64,000 nucleotides of DNA from Podarcis pityusensis (lineage: Eukaryota), in NCBI GenBank assembly GCA_964106645.2, contig OZ067038.1. One strand, written 5' to 3'. Of this stretch, positions 55,021 through 64,000 are shown one piece after another. Within the stretch, counting starts at the first letter, position 1. Each line of letters opens with the position of its first letter. The notes beneath the pieces are model-generated. The model saw only the letters and a list, made by a program, of their open reading frames with translations, had not been told where the DNA came from and did no database searches. The position numbers were made by a program, and so were the translations under genes.

Positions 55021-57719
55021 CATATTAGCACCTGTCAACAGTTCTTAATTGTGGCTGGTATTCCATACCAATGAAAAACAGACATAAAGCAGCTTACATG
55101 GAGCTGCCAGTCAGTTTCCCACTAGACCAATATCTTCTTATCTTTAATAATATAACAGAATAATGTGTCCTTTAGCCCATTTTTTTGCATGCAGTTTTGT
55201 ATTAGGGTACAGTATGTTGTAACATAGAATGCAGGTTTCAATTGTAAGTGTTCAGACTCTTCTAAGTTTGTGGTTAGATGTTTTAGCCAATCTGGAAGGT
55301 CCCCCCTTGTCCCAACTGATAGTTCTGAAACTTTTAGTTCTAATGTGAGAAAAGGTTTGGGTTAGGGGAACAGATTGAGCTTGTGATAGAAAATGTGAGT
55401 TGCTTTCCTGTCCTGCATGTACAGTGTCTTCCATGACTTCTAGTCATAATAATCACAGTGACAGTGCATTTGTGATGTGAAGTTAGGAGGAATTCCCCAA
55501 ACGTTGCTTGTTTCTTTTATTTCTGAGTCACGTAGCAGGTTTTTTAAAAGGTGCAAACTGTAGTGTAATTTTCCTAAAGATGAATGAAAAGGTTAGGAAT
55601 ACACTGCAATAGACACTCTGTTGGACAGCATTTCTGTATGCAAGTGGAACATATTTTCATTTGTCTGGTGATGTGGAAACTTGCTACCAATATTTTGCTA
55701 CCAGTCATTGTTTGATATGAACAGTACAAAATAGTTTTATAGCATGTGCAGAGAATGAACAGAAAAATAAGATGAATGTATTACAAGTGGGGGAAAACCC
55801 TAACAAAGACTATTTTTTCCATGTAAGCACATTTCTGTTACCAGGAAAGTAGAAGTTGCTAATGCAAAAATTTGAAAGCAGGATAAAATGGTGAAGTATC
55901 CTTGAGAAAAGCTCATTATCAAATAATGGTTCTTTGTTTAGAAATGAACAAAAAGAACTGGATTGTTTCAAGTTGCATAGCACTGAAGTGCTGAAAAGCC
56001 AGTTTAAAAGAAGCCATTACAAACCTGTCTCGTCTTTTCTTTCAATTTCTGTTTAATCTGATGACTTATAGAACTAGGTGGATGCATTGCTAGTAAGACT
56101 TTATTTTACAAGAGTCACGACTACTTGGAACAGAGAAATAAGTGAATATTGATTGCATGTAATTGTGGCATGTGGTTAAAAACAACAACAACAACCCTGT
56201 GGTCCGTAAAACTGGTGCAGCAGAATTCCACAAAGTTCTTGTTCCTCTTCAGTTCACTGTGTTTTGGTTCAGGAAGATCTGTGGCTCAGTGGCATCTGCT
56301 TTGCATGCAGAAGATCCCATTTTAACTATATTTCTGTCATCTAGCAATAAATTACTCTGGAAAAAACAAGTTTATTGACTTTTATAAAATGTAAGATATA
56401 TGGCGTAGCAAAATAATATAATAATATATAATATAATAATAATTTTTTCAATTTCCATTGAAATGTAATATGGTAACTTTTGTCAATGATACCTGAGCTG
56501 GAAAATCACATTTATGCAAGCTTCAGATCTAAAACCCAGTGGGATTTACTCATTAGTTCATAAATCTCGGCTAGAAAAGAATTAACCGTGAATTAAGAAT
56601 GGATTTTCATGCAGGAACCCAAGTCCAAACTATGCGTGACACAGAAAGATGAGCAAAGGACTCTGGTAGCCTATTTCCCTTTTGAAAAGCAACTTCAGGA
56701 GGGGACATTCTGGATGAGAGGGTATATCTATAAGAATCATTCCTGCTGCTTTTGCATACCAGTTGCCTACATTTGAAAGTATGTATTTGGAACTCTGTAG
56801 GAGGAAAAGCAGCTTGAGAAAGGTGAATTTAGAGGAGACAAGTGGCAGTGTGTGCTTAATCTTTTTGATTTCCAAATTGCTTTATACTAAAGCTGTGTTT
56901 GCTTAAAAGAAGGAGCCATTGCTGTTTTGTTACCTGTAAGAAACCATAACTTTGGTTGGTCTTGGTATTTATCCATTGTTTTTTATTAATAAGGCTTAAC
57001 TCTCTCATTTCCTTACCATAGAGGCCAAATAAATGCCTGCCCCCGCCCCCGTATTCCTGCCCAGCAAACCTCCACACCCAATTTTTAGCAGGAGACAAGC
57101 AGTGGACTGTGTGTGTGTGCATAGAAAGCCCTGAAACCTTTATCAGTATGCTGTACACAGGGTAGCCTGACGTATTTTTTGTGCAACTTTGTCTTACAAG
57201 TCTTCGTAGATGATAATTTTCAGCATAACCTGAACTGTGTTCCTTAAAGTATCCTCTACAGCTGCCATTCAGAATAATCACACCACAAATACTACAGCAT
57301 TTAAATTAGCCGCGCATGGATACTATAACAGCACCACTGCATTGGGTTCAAGAACTAACTCATGGGAAATGAGCCTGGTACCACATTATACTCACTGAGG
57401 AAATAGCACTTCCATATGAGAATTCTGCCTTTCTCTATCAACAGGTAGACAAAACTAGAGGGTATAGAAAAGATACACACAAAGGGAAGAGGGAGTTGCC
57501 TTGTCTCTCCTTATTTATTTGTTTGTTTGTTTGTTTGCTTGCCTCTCTTCAGAGTGGCTAATTTCCGCTAGCAGTTGGGAGAAGCAACAGAGAAAATGAG
57601 CCACTCTGAGGAGAAGTAAAGCCACTTTAGAAATGAGAGAAATTATTAAAGGAGAGGCAATTAGGTGTGGCTCCTTCCTACTCCAGAGTGAACAGGAAAA
57701 CGTAACATCCGAAGGAACA

Positions 57720-57845
57720 ATCCCCAATGTGGCACCCTCCAGATATTTTGGGCTACAACTCTCATGAACCTTAGCTAGCAAAAGGGTGGAATGGGACTGA
57801 AGGAAGCTGTAGTCTGGATGGCCCAGGTTGAGAGAGGCTGTGTTA
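57720..57845. mobile_element. Degenerate palindromic MITE (8298 family)
   Basis: ccctccagatattttgggctacaactctcat ... gaagctgtagtc. Confidence 0.5.
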
Positions 57846-58264
57846 CCCCAACACTGACTATACAATATTTATAGGTGCCCGTTTTGGAAGTGATGAGGAA
57901 TAATTTGTACTATATGTTTTCGCTTTTGAATGGATAGTTCAGTGGAGAGATGGAAGTTGCTGGCCTGTTCGTTGTGAACTTGCATCCACATGGTATCATC
58001 CTCTTCAACAAGTCATCCCGTTTCCAGTTCCTCACCCCCAGTTTAATCTGGATTTGCCACTTACATGTTTTGTTTTTAAAACCTACTGGATATTTTGTGG
58101 AAATCCAGATTAAATGAGGAGATAAAATGGGACAGTATTTTGATGAGTTCTGTGGATACTATTACAAAATGTTCATGCTTAAGCAGCACCGACTTAATAA
58201 TAAACTGCCAAGTGGAAGTAACCAGAAGTCATACGGAGCGCACCAGATTGGACAAGGTCAACTC

Positions 58265-58395
58265 AGAATCATGGAGTTGGAAGGAACCTCAAGTGTTATT
58301 TCATTAAACAACATCCCACTAATGCAGGGGATCCTCTGTTATAGGGCCCCTGATAGGATATCCAGCCTCTGCTTAAAAACTTCTAATGAAGGCAG
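58265..58395 (-). mobile_element. CR1 3' end fragment
   Basis: agaatcatggagttggaaggaacc...atccagcctctgcttaaaaac is the reverse complement of a CR1 terminus. Confidence 0.65.
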
Positions 58396-59844
58396 CCTAC
58401 AGTTTCTTCACGTTCTCAAGATATCCAACGCCCTTTGCTGTGTAGTTATGCTTAGCTACTATTAGTGGCAATAGGATTTTCCTTATAATTGGCTCACTTT
58501 CGGTATGAATGTAGATCTGGATAGAAACCTTGTCTGGACTTCTTTTACCCAAAGTCATTGCCTCACCTTTTGCCCTGGTTCTTTTAATCTTTGCTGACAT
58601 CCAGAGCGCATTATCCCCCTCCCCTCTTCTCTGAATTTGAAACAGCTTTTATGGGTGAAAGATCTGACTTGTGGTCTGTAAATATTTCCAGTCGTTATTG
58701 AAAAATAATTTTGGAGCAACTAATTCTGTTTCATGTCTTGTCATTTTCACCTGGTTGGTAGATTGCAAAGCAATAACTTGCTTTCTTCTTAATGTACTGC
58801 CATACTTGCCAGTTTGCATTTTGTGAGCAGTTATTTGACATTGCTCTCACTCAGATCAGAGTACCCTTTTAAAAGATCGCTTTTCACTCCAAGCACATGC
58901 TACACGTTCACTGTGTGTCTACTGCATTTCAATAAAAGGTCAATTTATTGTGTTAGATTTACCTTCTCAGCTGCTGACTCCATGTGCCAAAAGACACATA
59001 CCTTTGGAAATCTAGTTTCTCTCTCTCTCTCTCTCTCTCTAAATGCTTTATTGGTTTTAAAAGAAAAAGCATAGCACAACAAAGAAAAATAAATTGAAAA
59101 TATAGTATTCAACAAAAAGCAATCCCAAAAAAGAGTTTGCACTTCTTACATTCAAAATTGAGTTAATTCTTCATTGATTCTAGTATGACATCCGATCTAG
59201 AAATACAGTTTCTCAGTTTGCAATATACTAGTATAAGATTGCAGTGCAAACATTTGTTGCCTAGGAGTGGAATCCAATCGGTCATCCTTGCCAGCGTTCG
59301 AAACTCCTATTGTTCTAGGCATGTTTTGCAACAGGGAATTTCAGTTTCAGAGAGCAGTTTCAGAGCCCTGGGTGCCTAAGATTTCAGATTAAAACTGCAC
59401 AGTGGAAGGAAAGGAGGACCTTTTTCTGCCTCCCCACTTCCAGCCACTCTCTGAAGGCTGGATAAGAGACACTCTTAAGAATATTAGGGGGGTGAGGGGG
59501 AGCACGTCTTTGATTTTTGCAGTCTTTGGATGAGGACTAGACCATGTGAAAAATGAACATAATATTTTAGATGCAGTTCATTGATTTTCAGCTTTGTATT
59601 CTTGTTATAAAAAAATGTGCCTAGACATTCCGTTGTTGCTCCCATAACCTAGTTTCAAGGGGCCATTTAGCTCCTAGCTTTCATATCTCAGTTTCTTACA
59701 CTGATCTTTGCACTGTTGGTGTAGTGGAAGTGTCTGTAAACAGAGGGGAAGGGGCACATTTCCAGAGGGTGCTGTGGTCTGCAGTGTGGCTGTGTCATCA
59801 CTGCTGTGTTGTGCAGTATTTGAAAACCCTGTTTAGTCACTTTG

Positions 59845-60036
59845 CACTAGTACCTCCAGCTGTGGACGGGATCTGTTCCGGAGATCCAGTCGGATCCCGA
59901 GGTTTCCGCAACCTGAGTGCATGTGCGCGTGGCGAAACCTAGCAAAATACTTCTGGGTTTGCTGCGCGCGCATCCCAAAGTTTACGTAACTAGAGGGTTA
60001 CGTAACCAGAGGGTTACATAAATGGAGGTATGACTG
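59845..60036. mobile_element. Tc1/mariner MITE related to the 20254 and 54189 copies
   Basis: CACTAGTACCTCC ... GGAGGTATGACTG-TA; internal acttctgggtttg and gcatgtgcgc. Confidence 0.7.
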
Positions 60037-60929
60037 TACTTTGTTCCAGCCAGTCCTATCCCTACCTACAGGCATGAGCTAATTTAAATCCTGTTGCTTA
60101 GAAATGCTCAATTAGTAAGAGCTATCCAGACAGTGAATATAATAAATGTATGCCAATGCCATATTCTAGCCTTTGTTTAACAGTCTTGCAGTGCCCCCAT
60201 TCAAAAACAATAGCACAGCATCCAGTTCACACATGGTGGGGGTTTTTTTGAGCAGGAAAACTGTTGCTTTTCACCCCTCTAATAAAAGCCGGCATCATAA
60301 TGACTACTTAGTGCTGTAGGCAGAGAATAGACAACTTTCAAAGTATTAAACAATTTTCTAAAAAGGAACAGGTGGAAAAAATAGTTTTTGCTGCAAAGTA
60401 GCTATGTTTTTATCATCTTCCTTTAAAACGCTTGCTGAGCACCTAGCCCAGTCTTTTCAAACTGGTACCTTTCAGATGTTTTGGGACTACAGCTGGTTTG
60501 TCACTTGCCACTAATGATGTCATAAGCAATATCTAATAGAGACATATTCACAGCATGCTTCACAGCAATCTTGCTTGCAGTGGATGCAAAATAAAGTTCG
60601 TCGAGTGCTGGGGGTAATGCAGTATTCTTTTCACAGAAGGATCTGAGGACAGCATGCAACCAGTGGGTAGAAATTCTGTATTTATTTCCACAAAAGCGAA
60701 GTACTGGAAAAGGAAGGGAAACTACTTTCTTTGCTTTCATGTTTTGTTTTCCTTTGCTTCCTCCATTTATTAATTAACTTAAAATATCTGCATACCACCC
60801 TTCATTTTCAAATTTTAGGGCCATTTACAAAGCATATTAAAGCAGTGTATGTTGAAAGCGTCAGCTCAAGAACCTGGGAAGGAAAGTCTAAGAACTTGTT
60901 TTTGTATTGTAAAATGCCCTGTAATTCTT

Positions 60930-62040
60930 GCAGTTGACCGCTATTTTATCTAGTTCTTTCCTCCTGATCTTCTTAGCTGCCAACACATAGAGTGCTACTT
61001 TATAAGTTACAGTCAGCAGTACACTGGTACCTCGGGTTACGTACTTAATTCGTTCTGGAGGTCCGTTCTTAAGCTGAAACTGTTCTTAACCTGAAGCACC
61101 ACTTTAGCTAATGGGGCCTCCCGCTGCCGCTGCGCCGCTGGAGCACGATTTCTGTTCTCATCCTGAAGCAAAGTTCTTAAACTGAGGTACTGTTTCTGGG
61201 TTAGCGGAGTCTGTAACCTGAAGCATATGTAACCCGAGGTACCACTGTATTGCTCAGCATCCATTTCACCCTTTCCACCCTATTCAAGTGAGTTCCATTC
61301 GGAAACAGTGGTTTTATGTATTGGTCTCTTGGGTCTATATATAACGAGCACTGCAATAAATAGTGGCACAGGTCCTCCACACAGTGTTGCCCACACACAC
61401 AAAGTCTCTCTTCATAATGTACGTTGCCATAGCGTCCATCCAACACCACCAAGGGCGTCAATTGGAATCGTAATTCTGTGAAAGCGATTCTAAGCATGGC
61501 AAGTGGGAGCTTTGACAGGTAACTGGCCCGGGTATGTCCCGTTTTAATAAGTGGGAACCATGGCGAACTCTTGGTAGAAGCCATCATGGTTAGATCCCTT
61601 TCTGCATCAGACCTAAAGAGACAATCTCTTAAGTGCCTCTTGTCCATGTTCATATTCACCTGAAAATCTTGTAATTGGTATTAGGACAAGAGGCGTTGGA
61701 TCCCGTCCTTCCAACATTTGGTCTGTTTCTGTTCTGTGTGTGACATAGTGGGGAATCTCTCCTCTGAAAGAAATTTAAGTCTTTTCACATAATTTAAGCA
61801 CAGGTAATCAATTCTAGCCTGTATTGCTGTCACGTCAGCTTCAACGTGGAGAAGAGCAGCTGGAGGCCCGTTGGGGAGGGAGAACACTTTCCTGAGGAAT
61901 TTGTTCTGCACTATTTCTAAGGCTTTGTTGGCATTTGGGTCCTTACCCCACATCACTACTCCATGAAGCATCTGGGAGACCACTTTACTGGCAAAGATTT
62001 TCAATAGCTCACCACCCACCGTAATATAGAATTTCATTAA
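60930..62040 (-). mobile_element. Non-LTR retrotransposon 3' fragment (RT thumb plus C-terminal CCHC zinc knuckle; RTE-X-like, clade uncertain)
   Basis: KIFASKVVSQMLHGVVMWG...LEIVQNKFLRKVFSL; ERLCVCGQHCVEDLCHYLLQCSLY; continues past the nested MITE as VTYKVALYVLAAKKIRR. Confidence 0.8.
61022..61247 (-). mobile_element. Tc1/mariner MITE (10467 family, inverted), nested in a LINE
   Basis: TA-CACTGGTACCTCGG ... CCGAGGTACCACTG-TA. Confidence 0.9.
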
Positions 62041-62059
62041 TGCCCCTCAAGCTTTCTGC

Positions 62060-62250
62060 GCTTTGAGTTTCATAGCCTTGATATGAATGATAGTATTAAT
62101 AATGATGATTAAAAAGGTATTAAAACCTGCAGAAGTTTTATGAAAAGGATAGGTCTTTAATAGATGCCAAAACAAAATCAAGGTTGGTGCATGTTGTACT
62201 TCATGGCGGAGTGAATTCCAAACGTTGGGTACCCCAACAGAAATGAGCAT
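62060..62250 (-). mobile_element. Old L2 3' fragment
   Basis: ISVGVPNVWNSLRHEVQHAPTLILFWHLLKTYPF resembles the L2 C-terminus AFSVAAP.LWNSLP...LKT.LF. Confidence 0.7.
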
Positions 62251-62382
62251 ATTATTGAGATTTTTATAAGGTTATCTGGGATTGTTAGTGTACATGTGTA
62301 CTGATTTGCAGTGTACCATCTTCACGACTAAAGCCTTAAGGACTCCTGCCAAGAGGATATATTATTTCTCTTATTGCAGGTA

Positions 62383-62520
62383 GTGGTTTTGAGGAACCTG
62401 TAGCTCTCCAGGTGTTGTTGGGTTACAACTCGTATCATCCCTGTCCACTGGTGATGTTTGCAGGGGTTGATTGGTGTTGGAGTCCAACTACATTTGCAGG
62501 GCTATGGCTTCCCCACCCCT
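62383..62520. mobile_element. Degenerate palindromic MITE (8298 family)
   Basis: ctccaggtgttgttgggttacaactcgtatcatccctg / caggggttgattggtgttggagtccaactacatttgcag. Confidence 0.6.
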
Positions 62521-64000
62521 ATATAGAAGTTCTAAATAATTTATAAACAGTGATCTTATTAGAATATATCATCATAACTGTCTTGATGCCACTGCTGTTT
62601 AGATACACGCTTTAAGTCAAGATCTTTAGTCTACCAACCTTACACCCCTTTACCCCATATAAATTCTGTTTCCCGCAGTTGTACTAACCTTGGAGATTAT
62701 TCTTCTCCATGCCTGGCCTGGCACTGAACATGTTCATGTCCTTCTCTATTTATCATATATTGTTTGGAAGTAGTATGACAGCAACTCTTAATGTATGGTA
62801 TAATTGTGCCTCTCTCTTTTGTTTTTTTTTTTTTTGGTAAAAAGCCATATTATGCTTTGTCTTGATCATTCTGTCTCTTAAATAGGAAGATCTTAATCCT
62901 AATTCCCAAATAGTCTTATTAGTTAGCTGCATTTTCTCTACATTCTTTGGAACCCAGACGGTCACTTTAGACTGTTCTCAGATCACTGTGTTTATTCAGG
63001 GACCTATTCATAAACTAGGAGGACTGCCAGCATTCAGACAGCAGCACTTATCCCCCCTTACCTTTATATAACTGCTATTTCACATGGGAATAAGTGTTCA
63101 TTAAAATATAAGCCTTGAATATTCTATCTATTATTTAAATATAATATGTTTTTACTGCTTTGCTAAGGAACTATGTCCAAAGAGTCTTATAATAACAGAC
63201 AATACAAACAATCTAAAACAAAACAATAAAATAAAGAGTTAAAGATGCCTGAAGCCAATGCCCAGAGGCAATACTTGTACATTTTTGCTGCTGAAAATTG
63301 GTGTGGCTTCATCTGAATGATAGTGAACAAGGTATGGTTGGCTCAGCCAGCAAGGGATATTTAAACTAACTGGCTGTGCTATATACTGTTTAAACGTAGA
63401 TAGTTCTACTTATGCATGCTGAGCAGCACTTTTCCTGTGTAAGTTAGATATATAAAAATGACATTTAATTGCAAAAAAAAAAAAAGATTTTTGTTATTAA
63501 TCTTGCAACCAAGGTAGGAAGCTCTGTCAGGTAAAAAGATCCCTTTGAGCGTGCGCATGTGTGTGTGCATTTATTCATGGGAAGATGATTCCGTGAGATA
63601 TGCTGAAGGAAGTGCTATGGATTTAAACATTATTTTTTTAATGGATTCTTGTTCTTTCAGAACCTTTTGTTCTTTCTGCTGGTGCATTTTCCACTTCAAG
63701 AATACAGACGCATTCATTTAAACAAACAGATCATATGGAAGCTCTAGGGATGAGCAGTCTGCCAGGGATTCAGGGAAAGTAGGGTGTCCTGCCAGTTGTA
63801 TCTTGCCTTCCTTTTTGCTTTGGTAGTGGGATTTTAACAAGTGTCTCAGGAGACCCCTCCAGCAAACTGCTCCAAGAAACCACTGTATTTACATCCTCCT
63901 GAGCAAAGTAACCTTGCCTCATCATTAGCTCCTTTTGAGATTCCGTTGCTATGAATATTTTACATTAAATGAGGTTAGTACATGTTAAACTGCCAGGGTA

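Overview
Vertebrate genomic DNA, most likely a squamate and probably a lacertid lizard (Sauria SINEs, squamate-type CR1/L2 fragments and MITEs). The window holds all 15 coding exons of HIPK3 (homeodomain-interacting protein kinase 3) on the + strand. I spliced them by hand at GT-AG boundaries: 6383..40600, 3573 nt, 1190 aa. The non-coding exon 1 lies upstream of the window. A long 3'UTR runs to about 44.45 kb and contains a 156-N assembly gap. A CpG island at ~51.75-52.77 kb holds the first coding exon of a second + strand gene with a signal-peptide-like segment, probably KIAA1549L by synteny. The rest is intron or intergenic DNA with SINEs, LINE fragments and many hAT and Tc1/mariner MITEs, several nested. 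I found no convincing wholly new system. The best leads are regulatory: (1) the circHIPK3-type 1102-nt exon 2 flanked by complementary MITE arms, (2) a transposon-derived candidate poison exon in the kinase domain, (3) a 24-nt stack of miRNA seed sites at the distal 3'UTR, (4) uORFs and two alternative starts in the KIAA1549L-like exon, and (5) a mariner MITE family carrying ETS/NRF1/CRE motifs.
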